Shown here piece after piece: positions 1-15,200 of a DNA stretch of 64,000 nt; the first letter of the stretch is position 1; each line of letters starts with the position of its first letter. The stretch spans positions 372,001 to 436,000 of the forward strand of contig JAQGDQ010000089.1 in assembly GCA_030141605.1 (NCBI GenBank), written 5' to 3'. The DNA is from Tubiluchus corallicola (Eukaryota > Animalia > Priapulida). The notes below the pieces were generated by a model. The model was not told the DNA's origin and ran no database searches. It saw only the letters and a program-made list of their open reading frames with translations. A program made the translations under genes and the position numbers.

Positions 1-507
1 TGATACTGGAATGAAATGCTGTAGAAAATTGCTAAATTATGTGTGCGGCTTTGCCCAATTGAATTTGTAAATTCGTTTTGTTATCTAAATTATACAGGTA
101 AAAAAGTGGCCAGGTGTGATTTATTGCATCTTTAGCTGACATACCCGCCATGTATAGCCATTTTACCGCCGAATTTATAAAAATCACGTTATTTGTGACG
201 TAAAATATTCAACTTAGACAATCTAACAAAAATTACTCAACTTAATCTGTGTTAAACAAATTCACTCAAATGTACATACTTTTTCTTGTGTTATCTACAA
301 GTGTTTAAAAATGGCAAACCTGTCAACTTACCTGTACTTCAACACATACTTCTTTACTTTGACATTGTAGCAGTCATGTTAAGTATAGTCTTCTGATGAT
401 AAACGTCAGTATTTGTTCCCTGTTCTGTAGCTCAAGTTCAGTTTTTTCTGTTAGCAAGAGATTTCACAATTTTCTGTTAATTGTGAAATAATTGTGAAAA
501 AACTTTC

Positions 508-870
508 AATAATAATAATAACAATAACAATAATAATAATTAATGACAATAATATTTGTTTTGTACAGTGTCTAAGTCTACAGACAAATGACTGCACATT
601 CAAAGACATTTCACAAAAATACAGCTAAAATCATCTCATGACAGAATCATCTCAAGTTCACAAGATTGAACATTAAGCCTACGAAATTTCATAAAGAATT
701 ACAATAACTAAATACATAAAAATGCACAGACTCATAACATGCGAGCATATTATGACAAATAATTTGATCACTTTTTTAAAGATAGTATGCTATTCTAAAT
801 GAGTACGTTTTAATCTGTTTTTTAAAAGCACTAGTGTTTGAAACTGTCCTGATGCAGTTAGACAGACATA
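508..870 (-). mobile_element. 3' remnant of an L2/CR1-type LINE with (ATT)n tail
   Basis: Minus strand near 800-865 reads LSNCIRTVSNTSAFKKQIKTY, like the ORF2 C-terminus LP..IR.....FK..LKT.LF; (AAT)n run at 508-552. Confidence 0.45.
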
Positions 871-3044
871 ATTAAGCCCAGTTTAGGTGACATTTGAGTG
901 ACGTTTTGCTGAAAGGATTCCAAATCCAGAGGTTTGGCAGCACTCTGGAAATGCTAGAATCACTGTAGACGTAATGCAATAGATCGAATGGATTGTAAAG
1001 TGGGGAAATAAAATCTTTTAGTATTAGACTGCCATTTGCAGTGGAAAAATTGTGCAGATTTTTACAGCAAAATATGACTCGCAGTCTCGCAATATGTTAC
1101 GTCACATGAGTCACGTTCGTTTAAAATCCAAGTATAAGTGTATAGGTATTTGAAGCAGTGAATTTAAATCAATAAAACGCCCTGAAAAGTCTCTGATTTT
1201 AATTCGTGTTTAAGCTAATGCTGAGAAATGGAGGCATTTTTACACAGTTTGGCTTGCTGCAACTGCCATTTACCATCAAACAGCAAGTCTTCTAAATGTA
1301 GATGGTTGTGGTGGGACCAGAATCTAGCTCTTTGTCAAGGCTTCTCCATCTAAAAGGAGAAACTGCCCAGTTGCAGTTCAAATTGTAATTTATGTTTTTT
1401 TGTTTAATTCCCAGAAGGATTCTCGTTGTTAAATAGTTTTAGTGTATAGTAGGAAGTGCCTGCCTTTATGATTTTATCGTACACATCGAGTATCAATCAA
1501 TTTGTGGTTGATTCTCAGTGAGTTTATGTAACCGAGCAATTTTTATGTGTATCATTGAGAAAAACTGAGACAGTTGACAAAATTTGGAAGAAATGGAATT
1601 TCCTGCAGCTACATTACACATTGGTCTCTTTTTTTTAGTTAATTTAGCTTAGTTTATTTTACTCTTCTAACATGGACTCTCCATATCTGCATGCTCTAGC
1701 ACGCTTTACAATGGTTACAATGCTAACATTACATACCACTAAGATAATAAATTTTTGTAAAATTATAAAATGTCTAAAGTGGATCCAAAATACGGCAAGA
1801 ATTTAAAAATGTTAAAACCAGTCAGTTTTCAATTTAGATTAAAATATCAAAAAACTTGCATTATGAAGTTAAAAAATCTCTAAGAAGCATGCAAACATTT
1901 CAAACAAGTAAGCGTTCAATTCATGATTTATACAGTTAAAACTATGAAATTACAAAGACAATTTAAAATAGTTTTTAGGAATCAGAAAATGCTTTTAAGA
2001 ACAAGTTTTTAATTTGGATTTAAAAGTATCAAAATTGGTGCACATTCTTAGTTCATCAAACAAATTACTTAAAGAGGCAAATAATGGCTATAATCTGTTT
2101 TTTTTGCTGGTACACAAAAACGACTTATCTGTACATTGCTGGAATTAGTGCAATTGTCCAATATTAGGGAGCTTTGAGACTCAGAACAAACCTGTCATCT
2201 ATAAAAGCCATTCTTTGCTGCAAAGTATATCAAGAACTAATATATGTGGCCGAGTATTTGTAGCTTGACAGTTCAATATATCGTGATTAATGTTGTGGTT
2301 AAAACCTAGCCCCCAGCATTGAATCAGCATCAGTTCATGCAGAGCGTAGCTCGACGAATTATCACGTTCACATGCAGGCAAGCCCTTCATTGTATGAAAC
2401 GATCATTACGGAACTGCTGCGTTTTACGTGCTGAAACAGCTAATTGTGAGTCTGCTATAGTGTAATAATGACAGTTTTGTGTGAGGGCTGTTCGTAGATG
2501 AATGTGAAACCATACCTTTGTTGTGCATTCACTTGGGTTTATTCACGCTTGAATTTATCATTGGTTTGCTTGAAACACATTATGAACTACTTCGCATGAT
2601 TAGCCGGTAGGAAAATTCGAAATTAGTACTATTAGCATGATGATAAGAGGAAGATATGCTTATTTAGTATCTTTTTATTGTAGAATTTAAGGCACTTATA
2701 CAAAAAAATTACTTATACAACCATTGATCAAAGATTATATGAAGAATTATTCTAAAAGCATTTTACACATGCATAAGTCCAGTTCTAGTAAGTAAGCGTA
2801 AAGATATGGTAGAGTTTTAACAATTTCCACAACACATTTTATCTCTGGATAACAATTTCTTGAAGGTTTTTTGACAAGGATGTTGATAAGATGTTTGGTA
2901 ATGTCGCTGTCTAAATAATTTTAGGCTAAAAAGTGATGTAAAGTTAATACCACATTTAACAATGAGTCAATGTAATAGATCGCATATTAAACGTCCCTGG
3001 CATTGAAAAACCGCGTGATTTTTTTATTATGGATTTTTTTCTAG

Positions 3045-6000
3045 GTCTTGCCTTGTCTCCAACTCCGACATCTTCATCGTTGCCACGGACTCTATCTAGG
3101 AGTATTTCCGTGCCGCTTCCGATGAGTCATTCGGATTTCGAGACTCCTGATCCGTTTCCTGAGCTGGCGTCACCGCCTGATTTGAACTACCGGCTCAGCA
3201 TGTTTCAGGTGAGCAGTCAATCTGCAGGTGCAGACATTTGATCACCATTTGCCGTGGAGGAAATATGTGCCGGGGTCCTGAAGCTTGAACTGCTGTGGGA
3301 AGCCCTTTGCAACCAGTGATAATAAGGCAACATTCAGCAAGAGTCACTAGTCTTTGCTGCTGTTATAATGACTTTGAGGGCCCTGAAAGTGGGGTGGTGG
3401 TCGGGGGCTGAAGGGGAGATTCTTTAAAAAAGAGCCCATTATTAGTAAAGTCTGGGTAACCTCTGTTGCCTTCTTCCACCAGGATTCATCTAAAAGTGAT
3501 GTCTGATTAGCTTTTGCTCTGAAAACACTCCTGGGGCTTTTTTGAGATTTGCATCGTTTAACAATTTTTTGCAAAATGAAATGTATGACAATTTTAAGAT
3601 GTGCTATAGCTGATATTCGTTAAAAGCTGTAGCAACGATTTTTCAGAATAATAGCTGTGGCCAGGTTTAAAGTAAAACAGCAACTCATTTAAACCATGGC
3701 AACCAAAATTGACCTGGATTGAAAATGTTTTAAATTAAAAAATTCTTACCTCAGAAGACTAATGTTACACATATTTTTATTTGTATGATTTACATCAGCT
3801 GTTCCCAAAATACCCATTTTATAAAATGTGGATGCTATATTCCAAGCAGTAGAGCTTTGGATTACTGGATAACACGCCCATGAGTCATCACCTTGGAGCT
3901 TAAAATTTGGAGAGTAAAATTTTGTGTTTTATTGTCATTGTTCATCATTATTGTCAATGCAATGTTCGCTCTTGCAAACGTACTAAAAATGCCTTTGAAA
4001 AATTATACCCAATGTAATCGTTATTTAAGTTTTTAAGGTATTGTGTTATCATTCTGTAAGAAACAGTTTGGCAAATTAGTTGGAATAAAATGTGTATTTT
4101 AGAATAAGTGTGGTCTGTTTTTCTTTAATCTATTTATTTATTTTTGTGTTGTATTTATTTAAAGTTTATTTTGGTATATAAAAATGCTATAAAAAGTTAA
4201 AATTTATGCTGAAAGCTATGGTATATTATATGGCATGCACTATTAAAAGAGCTGCAACATATACAAAAATATAATAAATACATTCAGAATTTAAAGTTTC
4301 AAGGCATCAGATAAAAACCAGTGATTACTACATCAGTAATTCAGACTGTCGCCTGTAATATAACATATTTAATACATTACTTTACATAGGCTAGAGCTAA
4401 ATCCACAAAAGATTTAGTGGCATATGCTGAAAACATGTCAGTACAGTAAATCTCTTCTGTAGTTTATGCTGGCCATGAACATTTTATTGCCTAACCTTTG
4501 GTTGGCTACTGAATGCTTGCTCTTACACAGTAGTCTCATTTAATCTACATTACGTTTGATGTAGAGACTCTTTCTGTTTCTGTGGTTATTAATTAACTAA
4601 GCTCTCTCTCTCATCATTCATGCTGCACAGCTTGATATTATAAGCAGCTGTAATTACGGGACTCAGTGCTTATTTTAATTACTCTTCAACATTCTTGCAT
4701 ATCGGCTTTGGACAATATGATGTCACTGTTAAGAATTCTGCATCTGTTATTGATATTGTTTGCTGCATTTGATGACGGTTAAGAGTTTACATTTACAAAG
4801 TACGTCGGTGTGATTGATTGATTGATTGATGATCGGACATGTGAATTATGGCTGTTGTAGTCTTGCACTTTTAATCTTTATTACACCGGAACGTCAAACT
4901 AACACAGTGTCTTATAAATTTTTCCCGTGCATTTGTAGTAAATGTGTAGTTATACTTATTATTTGAGATTCATTAAAATGACTGGATAATGTGGATACCG
5001 GGACAATATTTTTATAATTTTCCATTTTTCCGGAGATTTTAGTCACATAATGCAGGACCCAGCATGGTTCCCTGCCGCAGTGTACCATAATAATGGCTGC
5101 TCTTGTGGTGTGTTCACAGGTAATGAATTTTTACAATAATGATCACAGCTACAAATCATTGCCAGTTGAAGAGCATCTTCGTGCAAAGGATATCTGTGAG
5201 CTGCTAGCTGTGAAGAATCACGTTCAGCATGATAAAACTTGGAGCCTCGTGGAGTACGTAGGCGAATATAACTTGGGTACGCGTGCTGTCTTTGTCTTAA
5301 TCTCGTGCATAAATAAATTGTTTACTTTCTTACCCACTTATTTACTTATGTTATAATTTTATTCTGTCTAGAAACATAAAGGTGCTTCATAAATCACATG
5401 ATTACACTGGATGAGAGATTGTCTACCATGAATTACTATTTCCGGTTTATAGTATACAGAAGGCAGCTGTAGTTTGTTATGTTTTTCACTTTGTAATAGA
5501 CTTTAGAAAAAGCTGAGTTGTATCAACAGCTTCAAATGTTCGCATGACACTAAGTTATAATTCGCTTATTAAAAATAAAGCTATGAGAACATTAGTCTTT
5601 TCTTGACATTGTTCAGAGATATTACTAAATTTTTATATTATTCGCAGAGAGAACACTAGAAGATCACGATGTTGTTTTAGATGTCTACGAGAACTGGTCT
5701 ACTTGCAATGATCCTTCTCTCAACAAATTCTATTTTCGTAAAGATTTTCGAAAATTTGAACTTTTCGAAAATCCTGCTGTAAGTATATAGAAATAGATTA
5801 TGAAATATTTACTTACGGATAAGATAAAAATTATTATTAGTAATAAATAAAGTTGTCGTGCTATATGTAGTTGGCAGTGAACAATAGTATTTAGCCTTCC
5901 TTTGTTAAATAGCGACCATTTTGTCAAAATATTTTCATATTGATTTCCAGATTACTATCAAATTGAATAGGTTTTGTTATTATTGATTCATGGTACAATG

Positions 6001-6219
6001 TACAGTGTAACATGGCTAGCATCAGTTTTCACAGCATTATAATTGTACAATTTACTTTCTAAGATTTATTAACTTTGCATTGCCTGCCGAAAAAGTTTTT
6101 GGCATATTCAGTAGTTTAGTTGCAAAAGAACAATGAAATTTCTCATGTATTTCTAATTTAATATATAATGCATAGTGTAATATATAATGCATTATAATAT
6201 GCATGTGTGATGTTATGTA

Positions 6220-6253
<34 letters not shown>

Positions 6254-9200
6254 TGTGTGTATGTGTGTGTGCGCGGACGCGGGCGTGTGTGTGTGTGTAT
6301 GTATGTTGTGTGTGATGTAATGTGTAATGTCATGTAGAACCTATAATTGTAGATAGCAATGTCAAAAATTTGTTTTGTGAATAGAATAGTGACAACTAAA
6401 AGGGGAAGGAAAGTATAAGTTTTTACTTCGTCTGCTCCTTTTCCTGAGTACTTTATTGTTTTATATGTAGAATGTATTTTTAGAAGAGGGTGTGCAAATT
6501 TATGTGTAAAAAATAAAAAAACATTTTGTAGTTTTCCCACATTTGTAGCTTTCAAGTAAGCTTTAGAAAAGTGTGCCTTTTAAATGCTTTAGGATGGTAT
6601 CTAATGTTTGCTTGAATTTCACATTTTACAGCAATTTTTTCCGAGCCACATGATGGACTCGCCAGAACAGAAAGATGACCCACTTGGTTTAATAGAAACA
6701 TCCGAAAGAGCCAAGAAGCGAGTCATACAGGTATTAATCATTTACTCATTTTTCAAACCTTCTTACCTTGAAGTAGGCCTTCCTTGAGTTAACAACAGTT
6801 TGCTAGGTGAAAGAGAAGCGGGTCAGTCGATGCTTTCATTTGCTGTGACTGTGGTCTCTTTAGTATTGCAACATATATATTTTTGGCACCGACATTACAT
6901 CGAAACTTGCATAAATTTTTTTTTGTAGTATGGTATCGAATAGGCATTTGATGGTCTGAAATAAAAATCTTTTAACTCTGCAGAATTGGAGAGAAACAAA
7001 AAAGCTGATAGCTTTCGGTTCTGGTTTTTCTATTCAGAATCACTTACATTGATTTTATCTTTGAAACATGTAAACCTAGCACTGAGTTCTACATGAGTCA
7101 TTTATACTAGGTACATTTTTCACCCAACCTAATTAATTACAAGTTTTCATATGTAAGCTTGCATTAGCTTATTAGCCCAGTAATTTGAATTATATGTTTG
7201 CTGATTAGTGATTTTTCATGTAGTTAGCAGGGGTCATCTTTCTCCATGATAGCTCAGCTAGTTACCCGGTGATTCTTTATTGATCCTCATCAAAATAGGT
7301 CACCTGAAAAAACACTCTGTGGGACATCACAGTAACCAATAACATATTAAAATTAATTAACTAATTATGACTGAGATTTTTTTATAAACTATTGCAGTTT
7401 ATTTTACCAATTATTTCCCATTACAGGTAATGAGTTGGAGAAAGGAGACACAGAAAAATCGTGGACTAGTCATGATTTGAACCTGAAACCTGGAATTAGT
7501 ACTCCCATGCTCTATCAGCTCTAATTAGTTCAACATGATAGAGCAGGCCTGAGATTTCTTCCTTGTCACAATCCAACAGGCCACCTGTATTCATGACAGT
7601 TGGGGGTCACTTGTGGTATCAATGCTTTCATATTTTCAAATTATCTAGCAACTAACAGTATCATTAATTAATTATGACTGTGACTGCCAGAATTTTTATA
7701 AATCATTGCAGTTTATTTTACCAATTTATTACCTATTGAGGGTTATGAGTTGGAGAAGGGAGACATTCAAATCTCGACTAGTCCACAATTTTTTAGCGTC
7801 TCCCTTCTACAACTTATTATCCGCAATGTGTAATAATTGGTAAAATAAACTGCAATGGCTTATAAAAATTCTGGCTATCACATTCATAATTAATTAATGG
7901 TATCGTTAGTTGCTAGCTAATTTTGGAAAGTATTGATACCATAAGTATCCTCTTACTGTCACGGGTACAGGTGGCGCTGTTGGGTTGTGAGCTACAAGGA
8001 GGAAATCTCAGTGCTGCTCATTCGTGTTCATCTGGTAGAGGGTGGGAGTTCGAATCCTGACTAGTCTGCAATTTTTCAGTGTCTCCTTTCTCCACTCATT
8101 ACTGCAATGGGTAATAATTGCACCGTCATAATTAATTAATGATATCATTAGTTGCCAGCTAATCTGGGAAAGTATTGATACCATATCTAAATTAAGCTTG
8201 ATATTTTCTGCTTCTGTGTTAGACAGTGTTTACTTGTAATGTTATATAAATTTGTTCTAGTTTTTTTCAAAGGAAGAGATTCAGTGAACGAATGACCCAG
8301 TTTATACTCCCACTTCCAACCTAACGTTTAGGCTATAATTAGTACTATTAATGAAACCTTCGAAATCAGATCTTAGTGGCTTAATCAAGGTATGATTAAG
8401 GTAGGGAAACCTTAAGTGTAACAGATCAGAATAAGGTCCAAAATTAGAGTGTCGAGCACTTGCAATTACTTTAAACTCATGAGAGATCAGAATTACTGAG
8501 CGACTGTTGCTGACAGTGGCGCAGTTTTGTAGTGGTTAATCATGTACTTAGCTTACTAAGTTAGCATCTGTATGTGTGTGGGTGTGTGAGGACGGTCGAG
8601 GGTTTATCGTTAGGCATGGTCACTGTATAGCACATTTTCTAAAATTTTAAGTTGGCAGAATTTTCGTCAAATGTTGTGTTTGACATTGATTATAGTATTT
8701 ATGTGAATATTGTTAATTACTAATAACATATAGAATCATTAGACCTTTTTCTCCAGAATTGAAAATTTATTTGTTCATTGCCCAGTATATTTTTGGGGAG
8801 GTTTAATGGTTGTTCACAAAGTTTTTTTTTGTTAAATGCAAATCTTTGGAGTGCAAATCTTTCAGACCTCTATTGCCTGTGCAGGACACCTACTATGTCT
8901 TTCGCTTCTATCATTAAACTAGCACCACTCTAGGATCTTCTGATAATTTACAGAATGTTCAGTTGGTGTTGAGGCAATTAGTACTAACTGTGCTTGTTGC
9001 TGCCTTCGAGGAGAGTGTGCAGATGTTATTGGCAATAGTGACACGGTATTATTGACTATGAAGTTGTAATAACTTATTTTCTCACCCATTTTATTTGGAG
9101 GTGAAGCACCGTATCTTATATTAATAATCTACTATCTACTAGATTCACTATGCTAAAAAAAGTCTCATAAAATTTGTATTTTCTTAGGCACGAGGTGTCA

Positions 9201-12200
9201 TTTCTTTTGACAAGAAGTGAGAGTATCACAGGTGCTACTTTAGGTTCTCATTAATGAACAATATATTAATTTTCATTGTTTTTTACAGAATGTTTTCAAT
9301 GATACGGGTCAGCTGCCAGATATACATGGCCTGCTTTACACCCGAGAAAGTACATCTCAGAAAAAGTCGTGGAAGAAAATGTTCTTTGTTCTGCGCAATA
9401 ATTTGTTGTACTACTCAACTAAAGGTGCTTCAAAGGTATGTTAATTGCTTTAAGTTTCTATTTATTCTTTAATATTATGATGGTTAGAGAGAAAAGAAAA
9501 CAGTCAAGTGGTCATAGTGTGTGGTTATTGGCTGAAGTTTAAAAATGCCAAGCTTACTATCAAGAACTGTTCTTAGCAGTTTCAGCTCCTTCGGCTACTT
9601 GCATCTTCGAAGTCTTGTACTTATTCAAATGTGGTACGTCTGCCAGCCCAATGTTTCAGCTTAAGACGTTATATTTAATAAATATGATAAGGCACTATCC
9701 TTACTATAGGGAGCTAGTTTGTGACCACACTCAATGCTCATTCATTTGTATTAATACACTCAGTGTTTGAATCGTAGGTTGCATTATAAAGTTTCAAGAT
9801 CTAAATTCAGGCCAAACAGAATTTTTAAGATATTGTCTCAGTTTTTCATTGAGACCACTCTTACAGATTTTTTTGATAACTAGTAGCTTTGTCGCATTAT
9901 TCAAAAAATCACTTTATTCCATTGTTTGCTGAGGAAATAAGTTATTGCACTGTTGACAAAATCACTTGCTGGATTGTTAAGACAGTTACTTATTGCATTG
10001 TTAAACATTCTTTTATTGTATTGCTAAGACAATCACTTATTTCTCTTCTCCAGGCAGTCTGTAAAGTTGAACCTAATAAACTTGTTTACTCTTGTTGTTC
10101 TAATGCTATTGTAATTATATGAGTTAAATTATTGAGAGACCAACAGTGTTCACTTTTAAGTGACCAGTGTTGTCAAAAGTTGACAATGTTATTTGATTTG
10201 CTGACAGTGGTTGTTTAGTTTGAAGACATATTTAACAGTAAATTTAGCAAACTATAATAATGCCTTTTATTCTTTAACTTGTTTAAGTCAATAGAAACAT
10301 TCATACGTATCATTGCTAGTTCTTGTCGATATAGGATTTCATTATTTTTTAAGTTTTGAACGTGCATTTTGAAGTAAGTTCACATCATTATTAATTTCTA
10401 GGATCCCAAGTACTTGGTGCAGTTTGCTGATGTTCGGCACTGCACTGTTTATTATCAGATTAATGCGAGAAAATACCAGTCATCACCTACGGATTTCTGT
10501 TTTGTATTAAAAGTAAGTATTGCATTGATTTTGTAGGGATCAGTGTAAACATTGGAGAAAATTCATAACACGAGAAATGAAATCCGACATTAGGATAGTT
10601 TATTGCCAGAGAAAGAACAACAGATATCAGCAAAGAACACAATAGTGCTTTGTGGTATTTAGTATGAAAATATTCTATAAAATAGAATGCTACAAAAATC
10701 TGTGATGAATATGCAAACTGCAATTATGTTATAATAAACGCTTAGAAAACAAAAATTGTATATTTTATTCCATATGCATCTAGAAATGTTTGTTCGCTAA
10801 TGTAACCTTACAGGGTGAACTGTTTCCATGCAAACACAAAGCAAAATATCTTGGTCATGTAATAGTAAAGATGGTGCTGATATTTTAAATAAATTGCGCC
10901 TGTTTTATATTCACTCTAATACTTTTTGCAGAAACTTTGGTTTTCGATCTGTTCATGCCAAACGTGTTCTGTTTAAATCTTGTTGTTCATCTTTTTACTG
11001 TTCTACCCTCTGAATCACTTTTAATATTGCTACTATTAGAAAATTAAAGGCAGCCTACCATTTTGCATTGACAAACATTTTGCTTACCACAGGGCACCAC
11101 AGTATCTAGAATATGTGCAGAGAATGGCTGTAATCATTTTAAAGTGGCTTTACGTAAAAATACCTTTAGCCTTCGTCAGCCGGTTCTAAATTCAAACAAT
11201 GAAGTTATTTGAAATTTTATCCTTTGATGTCATTTTAGCTTCAAATATTTTTGCCCATACTGATCCTTTTTTACGAACGCGTTAGTATTGTTAAGCAATG
11301 ATTTACTGTACATAGTCACAGAATGTAGTCAGATAGATCAAACAGTCGTTTTACGAGCATTATACTTCGAATACCTGTTTCAGTTAAGCAAGGATTTACT
11401 GTATGCACTCATGGAATGTAGTCAGATAGACCAAACAATGGTTCTAAGATGCATTACATTTCAAATAGCTGTTTTCGTACTTGTAAAACAACTATCACGC
11501 TTTTTGAAATGAGTTTATTATTAATGAATTCTTGTTACCTTTTTATTATTTAGATGGATTCAAGCTGGTCTAGTTTAAAGTACCTTTGTTCAGATGAAGA
11601 AAGTAGTCGTCTCTGCTGGGTATCCAGTTTTCGATTAGTTAGTGTAAGTATGTAACATTCTCAACGTTAGAGAACTTCAAACTAATACTCAGTATTACAA
11701 GTGGACTGTGTTTTGACCATACAGTTTGTCTGCTAGCGGAGGAAATGATGGTGTGGAAGCTTCACATTCCCAGAAGTTGATTTTATATGGAGTCAGTCTG
11801 CATTGAAGTTAAATTGTTCACATTGTCTACTTTATAAGTACTGCTTGAACGAAGGAAGGACCTGCTTTGGATAGAATTTAAATGTAGTGTCACATCTGTA
11901 GTATAATTTGCTGTAAAACATAAGTTGCTGTAGTGTACTGTCTGTTAAGGTTTGAGCAATCCAAGACTTTTGAAAATTGTCTCCTTATCAGTAAAAATAT
12001 CGAGCACCAACAAGAGCACAAACTGATTTTCTACGTGTTGTACATCGTATTAAGTGAAATTTTCTTTTCACAAGGTGATTTTTTGGCAACCATGGATTTA
12101 CAGTGCTTTTATACAAAAGCCAGACCGAACTTTTTAAGCCACCTGCTTACAGTTGATTAAAAGACAAGTGCGGTATCAGGGAATATGTTGCAGTATCATT

Positions 12201-15200
12201 GTAAGATCAAATCTAATTTTGTAGTGCTTAGTTCTGCAAGTGTGTGTTTTTAATAGTATCCCATTTGGTACATCTGTCATTAGCCACTATTTTTATCAAC
12301 TTTTGTACTCTTTTTCTAAAAGAAAACAGTGCCTTAGTATTAATTTTTTATTCACCATGAGACAAAATTATGCCTCTATAACTTATGCCTAATGTCTGAA
12401 TAGGTGTAATGTTTTTTCACGTATAATGTTTTTCACATTTCTTGTATTTTAAGAAGAATGAAATTAGGAACACAATGTCTGATTACTTATTAACTTCAAC
12501 ATTTTTATGCTTACAGTATGGTAAACAGTTGACAGAGAATTACACATCAGCAGTAAAGAAAGACTTGACACTTGATGAGTTGAGCATACCTCAGTTTGTA
12601 AGTTGAATTATTATGTTTATAAACATCATTTTATTTTCAATATTTAAAACAATATATGCATAATAAGCCTTTCACAGTTTCTGTTGTTGCAGTTGCTGTA
12701 GATCAAAGGTTGGCTGAACCCAGTGCATCTTACTTAACTATACATCAGTTACATGACCTTATGCACGTAACTACATATAGGTGAAATGGGTGAAACACGC
12801 TGTTACTTTTATTACATACTATGCATGCATAGTTTTAAACTAACAAGTTATTCTTATCAGAAAACAGCTAGTAAAATAACAGCAGCAATCCGTGTAAAAT
12901 GAAATAACTGAAACAAAAATGCCAAGAACTGTTAGTATTACATTATCATGGACCTCGAGGCATTTTCAAGTGTAAACAAATGTGTTGTGTGGTTCAGAAT
13001 TGTTTATTGTGTACCTTATTTTGTTATTGTACCCATGTATGAATAAATAGTTAAGTTAATAAATTCTGTCCTAAATGACATATTCAGCCATTTAGGCAGA
13101 CAAAACTCAATAAGCAAGTAACCCCGTGCTACTTATTCTGCACTAGTTTATTTCATGCCAAACATAAATAGGTAAATTTTTTAAAAGATAATTTGTGAAA
13201 AGAAGCTTTTCATAGTCTTGCTTCACTTTTATACATTTATCAACAGCATGACTCTTGGTCATTATACTAGTCCGTTCCAGTCAAGTCTGTACTCCCTGAG
13301 AATGTGATCTAATGAACATGGGAAATGTGGTAGGAACTGAACGAAGTAATGTCTTTGATATATTGGACATTTCATTTGTTAGCAATTACTTTTCTTATTA
13401 AACAACACTTTTTGCATTTCTGTGGCAAATGTAGTCATTAACATTCAACTGATTAAAAGAAACACCAAGTCTTTCAGGAAGTTAATATTTGAGAGTTATA
13501 AGCACCTTGTGTACAGTGTTCCCTCAGTTATCGCAGTATTCCATTCCAGGCCCATCTGAGATAAGTGAATTTCCGCAAAGTATGGACGCTATACTTATTT
13601 TAGAAGTTATACATTATTTTAAGACTTTATAAACCCTCCCCACACTCTTATACATAACCACGGTATATTATGCACGGTACCTGAGCCAATCAGCGACTGA
13701 GATACAGAGCAGCATTCTCTGGTTGGTCGCTTTCCATCAATCAACCAATCGTGTGTTGTGTACAATCTCACATTTGCAAGTAGCATCTCAAGCGGGCACA
13801 AGTACTACATTTCGTTTTTGGTGTGTATTCATCCGCCGAATAAATACACTATTTACTGTAAATGGTATTTTTTATGATTTATAATATTCTTTTAATGTTA
13901 GAATTAATATTTTTAATATATTTTTATACATTTTGTGATTTTTATGCAAAATTCATCAAATCTATATATTACTGTACAATACATACTACGCATGTGCAAA
14001 AATACTTTAGACGGAGTACTGCAAAAACGCGCGAAACAGCGAAAATGCTGGGATAAATATTTTACATTAATATTTTTGAAAACCCGCGAAACAGCGAGTC
14101 CGTGATAAACGAACCGCGAAGTAGTGAGGGAACACTATTTAGTAAAATTAATTTAAAGTTGCAATCACTTCATGCTTGGGCGCACTTAATGCCCACTCAT
14201 TTTGGGCAAAAAATGTTGGCGTCTGGTTACTATGCAATACAAACAGCTAGAGATTACTAATACTATTTTTAGCTTTATGGTGAATCTTGTTGCCCACTAT
14301 GTAATGGAAACCGGATACCGACGATAATATAATAACATCCACCTCGGCTTGCGAAGGCTTACATAGTAACGGTACAATTATTTTAACAGGCTAAAACTGA
14401 AGTCTGTATAAGTTAAGTAGTCCCAATCTAGCCGACACCTACTGTAAGCTCACAGCCTCATAGAATCCATGCTTGTCTGGAATTGTATCATATGTAGTAT
14501 TTATATATTATATATATATATTATATTATATATATATATATATATATATATGTATTTATATATATAGTATTATATGTATTCTGAGGTATAATCCTGTGGA
14601 TTAAAGCTATACAAGTACTTTAAACGTGTTGCTATTTGATATGCTGACTAATTTTTACATAAACACAGTTAAACAGAAAGATTTAATCAGCTAGAGTGGT
14701 GGAACTATGGAAGTTTTGCTACGGTGAGCCTTTGTGCTATCTAACAGCAGCCGTCATTTTTTTTTCAAATATGCCTGTAACGAGATTCATTTGACAGGAG
14801 ATAAGAATGATTTAAATTTCTATTGCATTTTTAAACAAGGCACTTCATGCACATTTATTATGTGGTAATTTCAATATTTCTAAGTGTTTATTAAAGTACA
14901 GTGAAAGATGTTCAGGGGTTAGTTTTTCCTTCAATACCATTTTTTGTATTTGCTATGGAAACTCATATGGCACAACACGTTTTGATTATTTCCTGAAAAC
15001 ATTACGTTACCTCTTTTTTCCAATAAAGAACTGTTTTTCATAAGATTTTTTTTGAATTATATATACAGTAGGTGGCAGCATAGACCATTGTATTTATTAT
15101 GCATTGTCAATTGGCGATGTTGACAATAATTAGTTCCTTTTTTTTTAGAAACAGGTAATCGGTGATAAATGCCGGGTGGCAATTGACTTCACCGGTGGAA

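Noticed and set aside
6052-6555. 167-aa minus-strand ORF and other low-complexity ORFs in the track (CYVML, poly-L, HT/RA, SLSL)
   Set aside because: They run through microsatellites or AT-rich introns and show no domain motifs or splice consistency.
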